DNA of 29,327 bases from Candidatus Aenigmatarchaeota archaeon (lineage in GTDB: Archaea; Aenigmatarchaeota; Aenigmatarchaeia; CG10238-14; SCSR01). A program made the position numbers and the translations under genes. The stretch covers positions 1-29,327 of the forward strand of contig JAWBTN010000001.1 of NCBI GenBank assembly GCA_039000415.1, given 5' to 3'. Below, one piece after another: positions 15,905-25,199 of the stretch. A model generated the notes under the pieces. The model had not been told where the DNA came from, made no database searches, and saw only the letters and a list, made by a program, of their open reading frames with translations. Position 1 is the stretch's first letter. The number at the start of each line of letters is the position of its first letter.

Positions 15905-17194
15905 TTAACCTTTGAGTATTTGTTTCTTGATAAAGAACAACAACCATCCTATAACTAAAATTGAAAACGTTAATGAAAGCAAGTCTGCATCAAAGAAGCC
16001 TAACAAACTAATACAAGAAACAGCTCCGAGGAAAGCTGTTATTGGAAAATTGCCTATGTTTATGGGTGATTTAAAAGGTCTTTCCATTTCAGGTTTTGTA
16101 TATCTCAAATATATCAAAGAAAGGTTTACAGCAGTGAAAGCTAGTAAAGAGTTGAGGCTAGTCAACTTAGCTACTCTATCTATTTTTCCGGAGAAAATGA
16201 AATAAACTGCTAGAATTGTTGATATAGCTATGGCTAAATACGGAGTTCTTCTCTTGGAATGTATTGCTGATATGAACCTGGGCAAAGAATTTTCTTTCGC
16301 CATACCATAGATAAGTCTTGAACTGGCAACTGAAAGCCCTAAGCACGTACTAGATGTGGCAACGAGTGCAGCAATCGATATGAAGAGGAAAGCCATCTCA
16401 CCGAAAACTTTTGAGATTGCAAATGCTAAAGGAGCACTAGACCTAGCTAACTCTTTCCAATCAGCTAAGTTTAAGGCTGATATAGAAACTAGAGAGTAAA
16501 GCATCGCTGTTATTATGATGGAAAGAATTAAAGCCATCGGAATGTTGTGAGAAGGTTTTTTCGTTTCTTCAGCTAAGTATGCCACGTTCTCAAAACCAAG
16601 GTAAGCGAAGAACACAAGCGTTACTGCTGAAAAAACACCTGACAAGCCGTGAGGAGCTTCGAAAAATCTGGAGAAATTGTTTGTTTTCGATAAGCCGGAA
16701 AAAATTATGAAGATTAAGCTAACAAAAACTACAGAAATTAGAATCATGTTAACCCTTGAAGTTTCTTTTATCCCGTAAAAGTTTATGAGAGATAAAAATA
16801 CCAACAAGGAAATTGAAATCGATATTCTCATCACATCATTTTCGATTCCAAGTAAATTCGTTAAGTATCCAGAAAATCCAAGGGATACAGCTGCCATACC
16901 CGATGTTAACGCGAATATCAAAAGCCAACCTATCAAGAAAGCCCAGAAATCACTCCCATAAGCTTTTTTCACGTATACGAACTCTGCCCCAGATTTAGGA
17001 TACATGGCTGAAAGTTCAGCGTAGCTGAATCCAGTGAAGATAGAAATTAAAGCTGCTATTAAGAAAGAAACCCAAAGCGAGTTTCCTGCTAGCTTAGCTC
17101 CTTCTCCTATCAAAACGAAAATTCCAGCCCCAACTATGACGCTTATTCCATAAAAAACCACTTCTATTAAACCGAGCTCTCTCCTTAACTTCAT
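15905..17194 (-). CDS. APC-family amino acid permease
   Basis: IVGAGIF, SYAELSAMYPKSG, FFAYLGFE, EETKKP, SRLIYGMA, ERPFKSP; about 12 TM segments. Confidence 0.92.
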   Translation of the reverse strand: MKLRRELGLIEVVFYGISVIVGAGIFVLIGEGAKLAGNSLWVSFLIAALISIFTGFSYAELSAMYPKSGAEFVYVKKAYGSDFWAFLIGWLLIFALTSGMAAVSLGFSGYLTNLLGIENDVMRISISISLLVFLSLINFYGIKETSRVNMILISVVFVSLIFIIFSGLSKTNNFSRFFEAPHGLSGVFSAVTLVFFAYLGFENVAYLAEETKKPSHNIPMALILSIIITAMLYSLVSISALNLADWKELARSSAPLAFAISKVFGEMAFLFISIAALVATSSTCLGLSVASSRLIYGMAKENSLPRFISAIHSKRRTPYLAIAISTILAVYFIFSGKIDRVAKLTSLNSLLAFTAVNLSLIYLRYTKPEMERPFKSPINIGNFPITAFLGAVSCISLLGFFDADLLSLTFSILVIGWLLFFIKKQILKG

Positions 17195-17298
17195 AAATTA
17201 TTTTTTGAATTCAAGAAATAAGAAAATGTGAGGAAAAATAAGTTGTTTTTTAAATAGATTGAATTTATTATCAAATCAAAAATAAAATAAGGGAGAAA

Positions 17299-18585
17299 AT
17301 GATAGACATAAAGCTCGTAAGGGAAAATCCTGAGCTTGTGAGGAAAAATTTGGAAAGAAGACAAGATCCGGAGAAACTGAAGATTCTTGAAGAACTAATA
17401 AACCACGACAAGCAATGGAGGGAAGCCCAAACAAAGTTGAATAAATTAAGGCAAAAAAGAAACGAATTGAGTAAAAAGATTGCTTTGTTGAAGAAAGAAG
17501 GTAAAGATTACGGAGATTTGGTGAAAGAAGCGGAAACAGTTTTAAGTGAGATGAAAGTGGTTGAAGCGAAAGCAAAAGAACTTAAAGAAAAAGTTAGGAA
17601 TTACTTGCTCAGCATTCCAAACATTTTGCATGAAAGCGTTCCTTACGGTAAAGACGAAAATGACAACGTTGAAATAAGGAGATGGGGTTCTCCACCTAAA
17701 TTTAACTTCAAACCAAAAGATCATCTAGAAATATTGAAAAATTTAGGGTTGATAGATCAAGAAAGGGCGGTAAGGGCAGCATGTTCAGGTTTCTTTTATC
17801 TTAAAGAAGAATTGGTTTTACTCGATTTGGCAATTCAAAGGTTTGCAATAGATGAATTGAGGAAAAAAGGTTTCATATTGATAGAACCTCCTTTCATGAT
17901 AAACAGGAAAGCTTATGAAGGTATGATAGACTTCAAAGATTTCGAAACTATGACTTACAAAATAGAAGGGGAGCCTTTGTATCTAATAGCTACTGCAGAG
18001 CATCCTTTAGGAGCAATGTACATGGGAGAAGTTTTCAACAAAGATGAACTACCTTTAAAACTGTGTGGAGTTTCACCTTGCTTCAGGAAAGAAATTGGAA
18101 CTCATGGTAAGTACACGAAGGGCTTGTTCAGGATGCATCAATTCAACAAAGTTGAGCAATTTGTTTTCTGCTTACCTGAGCAGAGTTGGGAAATATTTGA
18201 AGAGTTACAGAGAAATTCTGAAGAGCTTTATCAGAAGTTAGGGTTGCATTATCGTGTTGTTAATATTTGCACAGGAGACATAGGAGCTATAGCAGCTAAA
18301 AAGTATGACATAGAATGTTGGATGGCCGATGGAAAATTCAGGGAAACTGGTAGCAATTCGAATTGTACCGATTACCAAGCAAGAAGGCTTAACATAAGAT
18401 ATAGGGAAAAGCCTGGCAAGCCACCTATCGGTTTTGTGCATACACTCAACAACACAGCTTTAGCTACAAGTAGAACCATGCTCGCCATAATAGAACAATA
18501 CCAGCAAGAAGACGGTAGCGTGATCATACCTGAAGTGTTAAGGCCTTACATGGGTGGAATTAAAAAATTGGAAAAAATCAAGTGA
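17299..18585 (+). CDS. serS: Seryl-tRNA synthetase (standard type)
   Basis: MIDIKLVREN, N-terminal coiled coil, LIATAEHP, FRKE..GLFRMHQFNKVEQF, SNCTDYQARRL, HTLNNTA. Confidence 0.98.
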   Translation: MIDIKLVRENPELVRKNLERRQDPEKLKILEELINHDKQWREAQTKLNKLRQKRNELSKKIALLKKEGKDYGDLVKEAETVLSEMKVVEAKAKELKEKVRNYLLSIPNILHESVPYGKDENDNVEIRRWGSPPKFNFKPKDHLEILKNLGLIDQERAVRAACSGFFYLKEELVLLDLAIQRFAIDELRKKGFILIEPPFMINRKAYEGMIDFKDFETMTYKIEGEPLYLIATAEHPLGAMYMGEVFNKDELPLKLCGVSPCFRKEIGTHGKYTKGLFRMHQFNKVEQFVFCLPEQSWEIFEELQRNSEELYQKLGLHYRVVNICTGDIGAIAAKKYDIECWMADGKFRETGSNSNCTDYQARRLNIRYREKPGKPPIGFVHTLNNTALATSRTMLAIIEQYQQEDGSVIIPEVLRPYMGGIKKLEKIK

Positions 18586-19447
18586 AAAAACTGAATATGT
18601 GAAATATCAAGTCTCCAAAAAGAACTGTGGATAAAAGAGCTAGAGGAAAAGTTGGTGCAAACCTCACACCCTCTTTTATCCAAACGAACTTCTTTCCAGA
18701 TTTCTTAATTTTTTTCAGTTCTTCTTCAGTTATACCTTCCCAAACTTTGCTTTCCATCAAAACATCACCAACTTTAAGCTTTGATACAGGAATCTTCCTC
18801 TTGAAAGCTACTTCTTCAACAGTTTTTACGAAGAACCATAATAAGATTAAGCTCGTGGTCACGATGACCAAAAGTAGAGAATTCAAAAATATCGAGTTTA
18901 AGTTTATTGGAAAGCTGAAGAACGAAAAGAGGAATAAATTGGAAAAAGAGAAGACGAGGAATAGAAGTGAAAGGGAAAACAATAAAAGCCTTGAGCTAGA
19001 TTTCAAGTTTTTCTTGAAATTATTGAATATACTCTTGTTGATAAAACCCAAGATTATAGCGTAAGCTATCATGTAAGCAGCACCAACAACGAATACATTC
19101 AACAAATAACTTAAAGCGAAAGGAAAATGAAGGTTTTTTACTAAAGGTGATATCAAAGGTGAGAAAAAGCCTATAGCTGCCAATAACTTAGCATCACCCC
19201 CTCCCCATTGCCCAATTTTATACATCAAAAAACCAAAAGCTAGTAGAGCTAGACCGTAAAGCAAACTTTCGAGTAAAGCTACTAAGCTCAAATCAAACAA
19301 ACATTTGATAAAGGCTAGTATCAAGGCTATGGCTATCATAGCATGTGGTATTTCATCCGGTATTTCTGTAGGCGTTATCTTAACGTCGAAAGCAGCAGCT
19401 ATAGAAGAAAAAATTAAAGATATGTAAAAAGAAAGCAATTCAAGCAT
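18578..19447 (-). CDS. pibD: Prepilin/prearchaellin peptidase (A24, PibD/FlaK-like)
   Basis: Polytopic membrane protein with catalytic Asp motifs AAFDVK and WGGGDAKL, and C-terminal EGVRFAPTF. Confidence 0.88.
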   Translation of the reverse strand: MLELLSFYISLIFSSIAAAFDVKITPTEIPDEIPHAMIAIALILAFIKCLFDLSLVALLESLLYGLALLAFGFLMYKIGQWGGGDAKLLAAIGFFSPLISPLVKNLHFPFALSYLLNVFVVGAAYMIAYAIILGFINKSIFNNFKKNLKSSSRLLLFSLSLLFLVFSFSNLFLFSFFSFPINLNSIFLNSLLLVIVTTSLILLWFFVKTVEEVAFKRKIPVSKLKVGDVLMESKVWEGITEEELKKIKKSGKKFVWIKEGVRFAPTFPLALLSTVLFGDLIFHIFSFFT

Positions 19448-19457
19448 TACATCTCAC

Positions 19458-19604
19458 TTAAGAATATTTCTTGAAACCTATTTTTTTCGCTTCTTCCCTG
19501 AAACATTGTCTGCAATAATAAAGACCATATTTACTTATTATCCCAACACCAGCCCTTCCACACTTCCTACAAACTCTAGTAGCCCTTCCGTACTTCTTAG
19601 GCAT
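19458..19604 (-). CDS. rps14: Ribosomal protein S14 (uS14, zinc type)
   Basis: Hand-translated 48 aa: [48 protein letters not shown]. Confidence 0.96.
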   Translation of the reverse strand: MPKKYGRATRVCRKCGRAGVGIISKYGLYYCRQCFREEAKKIGFKKYS

Positions 19605-19793
19605 TCATCCACCCAAGTTTCCAAATATTTCAACTATGTCCCTAAAACCGAATATTTCCATCTTTACCATGTGTTCGAAAATTCTAGTGTAAACTTTTTC
19701 GAAATCGTTTTCGAACTCAGCTTTCCTGAGTATAACACCACTCAGTTTGACCAAAAGTTCCTCATCTATTTCATAAAACAATTCTTCATTCAA
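19605..19793 (-). CDS. Unknown acidic 62-aa ORF inserted between uL5 and uS14
   Basis: TTG start with GGGGTGGAG upstream; overlaps the uL5 end by 8 nt; its TGA abuts the S14 ATG. Confidence 0.6.
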   Translation of the reverse strand: MNEELFYEIDEELLVKLSGVILRKAEFENDFEKVYTRIFEHMVKMEIFGFRDIVEIFGNLGG

Positions 19794-20292
19794 CTATCTC
19801 CACCCCATAATTTTTTTTCACCCATTCAACAGCCTCTTCTTTACTAATTTTATGTTTTTTCGGTATTTTTCTTTTTTGTATTCTCCTATATTTTATCCTG
19901 TATCCTGGTCTTTTCAAAGAGACACAAACATCAAGTCCAAGCATTCCTATTTCATGTGAGTACTTAGTTCCTTGTATGTCTATGTACTCTTTAACACCAA
20001 AACTGAAATTTCCTTCTTCATCGAATTGAGAAATTTTCAACTTCCCGTCAACAGCGTGAAGCGCTCTTCTCAAAAAATCATCAGCTTTCTCACCCCTTAG
20101 CGTTATCATAACACCAACAGGCTTTCCTTTGGCTATTCCGAAAGTACTCCTTCTCTTCGACTTCGTCACAACAGGTTTTCCTCCGGTTAAAATCTCTAAC
20201 AATTTCTTGGCCTTCTCTATTTTTTCTAGATCACCCCCACAACCTACATTCAACACGACTTTTTCCAATTCAATCCTTTTCATCACGTTCAT
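19786..20292 (-). CDS. rpl5: Ribosomal protein uL5
   Basis: IELEKVVLNVGCG, FGIAKGKPVG, FDEEGNFSFG, IGMLGLDV. Confidence 0.97.
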   Translation of the reverse strand: MNVMKRIELEKVVLNVGCGGDLEKIEKAKKLLEILTGGKPVVTKSKRRSTFGIAKGKPVGVMITLRGEKADDFLRRALHAVDGKLKISQFDEEGNFSFGVKEYIDIQGTKYSHEIGMLGLDVCVSLKRPGYRIKYRRIQKRKIPKKHKISKEEAVEWVKKNYGVEIVE

Positions 20293-20990
20293 GGAATCAC
20301 TTTTATCAAAGGAGTATCTTTACCTACTACGAAGAAATGATCGAACAGTACTTCAAATTTTTCTTTATCAGATTCACACACTATTTTCCTCTTTTCTCTA
20401 CCCCTAGGTATCTTTACCTCCAAAACTCTTGCTATTTTTCCCGCTTTCTTACCTTTTAACACGACACCAACAACACCTTTCTCGAGTTTAAGGTGTTGAA
20501 CTATTTTCAAGGAAGGAAGTTCTAACAACAAAGAATCACCTGTTTTGTAATTATCTTTTTCAACCAACAAATTTTTCCCATCGTGCAAGTTCAACTGGAT
20601 CTTACCCTTTTTAACGATTTTTTTATTCCTTATCTTCACCAGCTTCAAATTAGCTTCATCTTCACCAATTTCTATAACTTTTAAACCTTTCTCGAAAGGG
20701 ACTATCCTGTAATGTTTATTCAGCTTTGGTATTGAAACGACATCCATCAATCCAACAGGGAAAGCGTGATCTTTCCTTGGTTTACCATCGACCATTATTT
20801 CCTTTCTTTTGATGATAGCTTTGGCTTCTTTTCCGGTTTCCGCTAACTTCAGGATATCCCTAACTATTATGCCTAATGGTATACATTCAAACTTCTTGTG
20901 TGGTCCTGGTTTTGGTGTTATGCTCCAAGTAGTTTTCTTCTTAGCTATTTTCCAAAATTCTGGTGCCAGTAGCCTTTTCAACTTACCCAT
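20289..20990 (-). CDS. rps4e: Ribosomal protein eS4
   Basis: LKRLLAP..W..KPGPH, VDGKPRKDHAFPVGLMDV, QLNLHDG. Confidence 0.97.
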   Translation of the reverse strand: MGKLKRLLAPEFWKIAKKKTTWSITPKPGPHKKFECIPLGIIVRDILKLAETGKEAKAIIKRKEIMVDGKPRKDHAFPVGLMDVVSIPKLNKHYRIVPFEKGLKVIEIGEDEANLKLVKIRNKKIVKKGKIQLNLHDGKNLLVEKDNYKTGDSLLLELPSLKIVQHLKLEKGVVGVVLKGKKAGKIARVLEVKIPRGREKRKIVCESDKEKFEVLFDHFFVVGKDTPLIKVIP

Positions 20991-20994
20991 TTCA

Positions 20995-21363
20995 TCACCT
21001 TATTTTTCTTTCCAAAGCTTCAACCCTTTTTTTATCGTCTAAATTCAAGTTTATTATCTTTAAGTTTGATGGATGGATTGGAACTTGAACTTCTGCTCCA
21101 GTAGTTTTTTTCCTCGTTATACCTTCTATGTAAACTTTATATTTCTTCAAATCAACCCTAGATACTTTTCCCCTCTTCCCCTTAAATTCACCTTTCATGA
21201 TTTCAACTTCATCCCCCTTCCTCAAAGGAAAGCTTCTTCTCTTATATTTTTCTCTCAATTCTTTCGATAAATGGGCTGAAATCATTTTTCTTCTAACGTG
21301 TAAAGGTGCTGAAAACAAAAATTTTCTTTGCTTCCTAGCTTTCTTTGACCTCGGTCTCTTCAT
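20995..21363 (-). CDS. rpl24: Ribosomal protein uL24
   Basis: SKKARKQRK..APLH, LRKGDEVEIMKGEFKG, IHPSNL. Confidence 0.97.
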   Translation of the reverse strand: MKRPRSKKARKQRKFLFSAPLHVRRKMISAHLSKELREKYKRRSFPLRKGDEVEIMKGEFKGKRGKVSRVDLKKYKVYIEGITRKKTTGAEVQVPIHPSNLKIINLNLDDKKRVEALERKIR

Positions 21364-21771
21364 TCAAACCACCATACTAGCTATTTTTCCTATTGAAGAA
21401 AATCTTTCAACTGCCTCTTTTGCCACAGGCCCCTTAATTTCCGTTCCTTTTGGTTCAAAATTGTCATCAACTATTACTGCAGCATTATCTTCAAATTTCA
21501 CCCTTAAGCCGTTTGGCCTTCTGTATTCTGCTTTCTGTCTTATTATCACAGCCGTTACTATTTGTTTCCTCATCTTCACATCTCCTTTCTTCACCGAACA
21601 TTTTACTACGTCACCTACTCCAGCTTTAGGTTTCCTCCTCCTCACACCCTTGTAACCAAGAACCGAAATTATTTGTAAAATTTTAGCACCGGTGTTGTCT
21701 GCACAATTCACATAACTACCAACGTTTAGAGCTTTTGTTACACTTGCTCTAACCGCCTTCACCAACCTCAC
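21364..21771 (-). CDS. rpl14: Ribosomal protein uL14
   Basis: [24 protein letters not shown]. True start may be GTG 21762 (MKAV) behind a GGTGAGG SD. Confidence 0.97.
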   Translation of the reverse strand: MRLVKAVRASVTKALNVGSYVNCADNTGAKILQIISVLGYKGVRRRKPKAGVGDVVKCSVKKGDVKMRKQIVTAVIIRQKAEYRRPNGLRVKFEDNAAVIVDDNFEPKGTEIKGPVAKEAVERFSSIGKIASMVV

Positions 21772-22111
21772 CTTTTTTCACAACTTCAATCACAACGAAA
21801 GCTTTAGTTTTGCTTATCGGTCTACATTCAGCTATTTTAACGAAATCGCCCTCTTTTGCGTTTATACATTCAGGATTGTAGGCTGCTATCCTAGACCTTC
21901 TTCTCTCATACCTTTCATATTTTGGTATGTAGTGTAGATAATCTCTCCTCACCACGACAGTTTTTGGTGATTTAGCCGAGACCACGACACCTTGCAGAAT
22001 TTTTCCACGTACCTTTAAATGTCCATGGAATGGACATTTTTCGTCATCGCACACTCTCTCAGGTGGAGTGACGTCTATTCCTATATCTTTAACACCTTTT
22101 TTCTTGGTCAT
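21749..22111 (-). CDS. rps17: Ribosomal protein uS17
   Basis: [31 protein letters not shown]. Confidence 0.97.
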   Translation of the reverse strand: MTKKKGVKDIGIDVTPPERVCDDEKCPFHGHLKVRGKILQGVVVSAKSPKTVVVRRDYLHYIPKYERYERRRSRIAAYNPECINAKEGDFVKIAECRPISKTKAFVVIEVVKKGEVGEGG

Positions 22112-22168
22112 ATTCCCACTCGTTATACTGACTTAATTCTTTAATATTGAAAAAACTTTTATAAATAA

Positions 22169-22450
22169 TCACCATTTTGGAAAGCGTTTCTTTATCCTAT
22201 CTTCGGGCCTACCTTTAAGTAACTTACCATCCACTTCAACTTTCACACCAGAAGGTAGAGTAAATACAAAAACAGAATTCTCTTTTGGTATAACTTTTTC
22301 TTTGTTCTTCACTTCAATTTTGACAGTGTTGTAAGTTTCATCCACAACTAAACCTTTCAAACCTTGGTGAGTTGGATCTGTAGATTTGACTATTTCAACT
22401 TCCAAACCTATCAGTTCATGTCTAACTAGGTTTTTAGGTGTTATCGGCAT
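22169..22450 (-). CDS. rnp1: RNase P protein component 1 (Rpp29/Pop4)
   Basis: ITPKNLVRHELIGLEV, GLVVDET, GRPEDRIK; canonical operon position. Confidence 0.95.
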   Translation of the reverse strand: MPITPKNLVRHELIGLEVEIVKSTDPTHQGLKGLVVDETYNTVKIEVKNKEKVIPKENSVFVFTLPSGVKVEVDGKLLKGRPEDRIKKRFPKW

Positions 22451-22458
22451 AATTGTTT

Positions 22459-22794
22459 CTAGATTATTTCTATTTTTTCAGCTTGATAACCCAATTTCAA
22501 GAGCAACTCTTTTATCCTAGACCTATGGTCTCCTTGGAGTTCTATATGACCATTTTTAAAAGTACCACCACAAGCCAATTTTTGTCTTAACTGAGAAAGA
22601 GTTTCCTTGATATTGTCTTTTATACCTTCTATTATAGTTATTGGTTTTCCAAATTTTCTTTTCTCCACGTATACCTTTATTTTTTCTTCCTCCCTTTCTA
22701 TAATCTTACAAGTACAAATATCCACTGGCAACCCACATTTAGAACAAATTCCGAAAGATGATTTAGCTCCGCAAGTCGGACAAATCTCAGCCAT
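22459..22794 (-). CDS. sui1: Translation initiation factor aIF1 (SUI1)
   Basis: CGLP..CTC, RKFGKPITIIEG, KLACGGT..IELQGDH. Confidence 0.95.
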   Translation of the reverse strand: MAEICPTCGAKSSFGICSKCGLPVDICTCKIIEREEEKIKVYVEKRKFGKPITIIEGIKDNIKETLSQLRQKLACGGTFKNGHIELQGDHRSRIKELLLKLGYQAEKIEII

Positions 22795-22796
22795 TT

Positions 22797-23003
22797 TTAC
22801 TTCTTTCCCTCTCTTTTTCTTTCATTTTTTATGGTTAAAATCCTTGCTATATTTTTTCTCAATTGCTTGATCTTACCAGGATTTTTCACAGGCCTACCCA
22901 TCTTCACATTTCCCATTTCTTTAAGAAGTTCAAGCTTTAATTCAGAAAGTTTTTTGTTCAAATCTTCATCTTTCAGTTCTCTCAATTGTTTAACAGCTTT
23001 CAA
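22797..23003 (-). CDS. rpl29: Ribosomal protein uL29
   Basis: LRE..LSELKLEL..NPGKIKQLRKNIARILT; TTG start with a GGGAG SD. Confidence 0.95.
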   Translation of the reverse strand: MKAVKQLRELKDEDLNKKLSELKLELLKEMGNVKMGRPVKNPGKIKQLRKNIARILTIKNERKREGKK

Positions 23004-23038
23004 AACTTCTCCCTTTCTTTTTAATTTTTAACTTCAAA

Positions 23039-23054
23039 CCTTTAAATCTTTTTT
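23039..23054 (-). promoter_or_regulatory. Possible internal promoter (BRE + TATA) before uL29
   Basis: Minus strand reads AAAAAAGATTTAAAGG, about 36 nt before the uL29 start, inside a 93-nt AT-rich spacer. Confidence 0.4.
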
Positions 23055-23096
23055 GTTTTTCTCGAGTGATAATTATTAAACTAATTAAAAATTGAT

Positions 23097-23711
23097 TTAA
23101 CCATCGATTTCCTCTTTCTTCAAACCTTTTTCAAAAACGAATTCTCTCGGCAGTTCTTTCATTATCTTCACTTCAACACCAACTATACCCGGCTTAATCT
23201 GGGCTTGGGCGTAGCCAGTTTCAACATAAGTTTCAGCATAGTCACCAGAAAAAGCAACAAAACCTCTCTTGAATTTTTGAAACCTAGACCTTTCTTTTCC
23301 GGCTAATTTCCCACCTGTTTTTATTTGTGCCCCTATTGCTCCAGCTTCCATTATTTTGTCTAAATAGTAATTAGCAACTTTCTTGTAGTTTATACCTCTC
23401 TCTATAGCATCAGCTATTCTCTTAGCTACTATATTAGCATCAAGGAAAGGATTTTCGACTTCCTTAACATCGATCAAAGGATTTTCAAACCCAAACTTCT
23501 TCTTCATTTCTTCAGCTATCTCATCTATTTTTTTACCAGATCTACCTATCGCAATACCAGGTTTGTGAACGTAAACTATTATTCTTGTACCAAGAGGTGT
23601 CCTTTGTATAACACATCTACTAAATCCAGCTTTTTCAAATTTTTTCGCTAAGTAATACTCGACTTCAGATTCTTTTATACCTTCTTTCACGAAAAACTTT
23701 TCCACACCCAT
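23097..23711 (-). CDS. rps3: Ribosomal protein uS3
   Basis: RTPLGTRIIVYVHKPGIAIGRSG KH domain, GIVGVEVKIM. Start at ATG 23711 with an AGGTGA SD. Confidence 0.97.
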   Translation of the reverse strand: MGVEKFFVKEGIKESEVEYYLAKKFEKAGFSRCVIQRTPLGTRIIVYVHKPGIAIGRSGKKIDEIAEEMKKKFGFENPLIDVKEVENPFLDANIVAKRIADAIERGINYKKVANYYLDKIMEAGAIGAQIKTGGKLAGKERSRFQKFKRGFVAFSGDYAETYVETGYAQAQIKPGIVGVEVKIMKELPREFVFEKGLKKEEIDG

Positions 23712-23715
23712 GTTA

Positions 23716-24075
23716 TCACCTTTCTTCCACTTCCACACTCACATGAACAGATTTTGCCCTCTGTCTTCTCAAATGCCACAAGCTCCTTGGTCTGTAAAAT
23801 CTAAGTCCCTTATCAACTTTTAAATTTTTTATAAAAAGTTTTTCCGCGTTCAATCCTTTTTGTGTAGCGTTTGCTTCAACACTTTTCAACAATTCCAAGA
23901 AAATTTTGGAAGTTTTGGTGTAATGTTTACCTTCTATATCAGTTTTTTCTTCTACCAGATCTTGCAAAAATTTCTTCGCTTTCTCCAATTTTTTCCCTTT
24001 CAAATGCTTACAAAGAACGAGGGAATGTTTTAGAGATATCCTCGCGTTTGATATTTTGGCTTTAGCTATTTTCAT
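23716..24075 (-). CDS. rpl22: Ribosomal protein uL22 (short form, 119 aa)
   Basis: ISLKHS..IC/LC..LKG, LLKSVEANA..KGL, RPR..HVSVEV; position between S19 and S3. Start at ATG 24075. Confidence 0.92.
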   Translation of the reverse strand: MKIAKAKISNARISLKHSLVLCKHLKGKKLEKAKKFLQDLVEEKTDIEGKHYTKTSKIFLELLKSVEANATQKGLNAEKLFIKNLKVDKGLRFYRPRSLWHLRRQRAKSVHVSVEVEER

Positions 24076-24079
24076 CTCA

Positions 24080-24469
24080 TCACGTTGGTTTTGCTGCATA
24101 GAACTTTGAACCACGTGTAGCTCCTATACCTGGGGCTGAGTGTTTAACTCGTTTTATCGGAATCGAGAATTCTCCAAGTCTATGACCTATCATTTCAGGT
24201 GTTATGTAAACACTTACCCACTCTTTTCCGTTGTAAACACCTATCTTCGCTCCAACCATTTGTGGTAGTATTATCATATCCCTGAGATGAGTTTTATGGA
24301 ATTTATCAGGATTTTTCTTTATTTCTTCCAACAACTTCTTCTGATTCTCTCTCAAACCCCTTTTCAAACTCCTCCTCTCTTTTGAAGTTAACAGTTTTGC
24401 AAATTCCTCCACACTCATTTGCATCAGTTCTTCCAAAGTTTTTCCGCGGAAAGTGAATACTTTTGCCAT
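24080..24469 (-). CDS. rps19: Ribosomal protein uS19
   Basis: [43 protein letters not shown]. Confidence 0.97.
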   Translation of the reverse strand: MAKVFTFRGKTLEELMQMSVEEFAKLLTSKERRSLKRGLRENQKKLLEEIKKNPDKFHKTHLRDMIILPQMVGAKIGVYNGKEWVSVYITPEMIGHRLGEFSIPIKRVKHSAPGIGATRGSKFYAAKPT

Positions 24470-25170
24470 CAACCTTTCCTCCTTCCCATTCTTTTCGGGC
24501 TAATAGCTCCAACTTTTGCTCCTGGAGGTGTTGAGTGTTTAACAGCTCTTGATGGTCTTGGTCTTTTCCTTTTTCCTCCGTAAGGATGATCGGTTGGTGT
24601 CATAGCAACTCCTGCAGTTCTCGGGAAAAGCTTGCCTCTAGCCATCATAGCATGCAATTTTTTACCCGCTTTTACCCAAGGCTTTTCAACCCTTCCACTT
24701 CCAGCAGGAACTCCTATGGTAGCTCTACATTCCCCAAGAAGCTCTATTATTTTACCTGAAGGGAGTTGAACTTTAACTTTATCTCCACTTTTTCCCATAA
24801 CTATGCCATAAGTCCCACTAGACCTACATAATTTTGGTCCAGAACCAGGATAATTTTCTATACAAAAAACTTTAGTTCCTTCAGGTATTTGAGATAAAGG
24901 CAAAACATTTCCAATAGATGGAACCCCACCATAATAAATAGTATCACCAACTTTCAAGCCTTCTGGTGCAACGTGTAAGACTTCCTTACCATCTTCAAAC
25001 CTTATTATAGCAACAGGAGCACTTCTTCCAGGATCGTGTAGTATATCCTTAACTTTCCCGGTTATGCCCATCGTTGGAAGATATTCAACTCTACCCAAAT
25101 ATCTATGGCTAGGTGCTCTGTAGCGTGGTCCACCTTTACCTCTAGCTTGAGCTATTATCCTCTTCCCCAT
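24469..25170 (-). CDS. rpl2: Ribosomal protein uL2
   Basis: [37 protein letters not shown]. Confidence 0.98.
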   Translation of the reverse strand: MGKRIIAQARGKGGPRYRAPSHRYLGRVEYLPTMGITGKVKDILHDPGRSAPVAIIRFEDGKEVLHVAPEGLKVGDTIYYGGVPSIGNVLPLSQIPEGTKVFCIENYPGSGPKLCRSSGTYGIVMGKSGDKVKVQLPSGKIIELLGECRATIGVPAGSGRVEKPWVKAGKKLHAMMARGKLFPRTAGVAMTPTDHPYGGKRKRPRPSRAVKHSTPPGAKVGAISPKRMGRRKG

Positions 25171-25199
25171 TTTCCCACTTTACTAATTACTCACTCTAC

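Noticed and set aside
22112-22168. TATA-like TTTATAAA in the Rpp29-uS17 spacer
   Set aside because: Orientation is ambiguous: it reads as BRE+TATA on the plus strand and as a T-tract on the minus strand, so I could not call a promoter or terminator.
22169-22794. SUI1 and Rpp29 inside the r-protein operon
   Set aside because: Established conserved arrangement in archaea.
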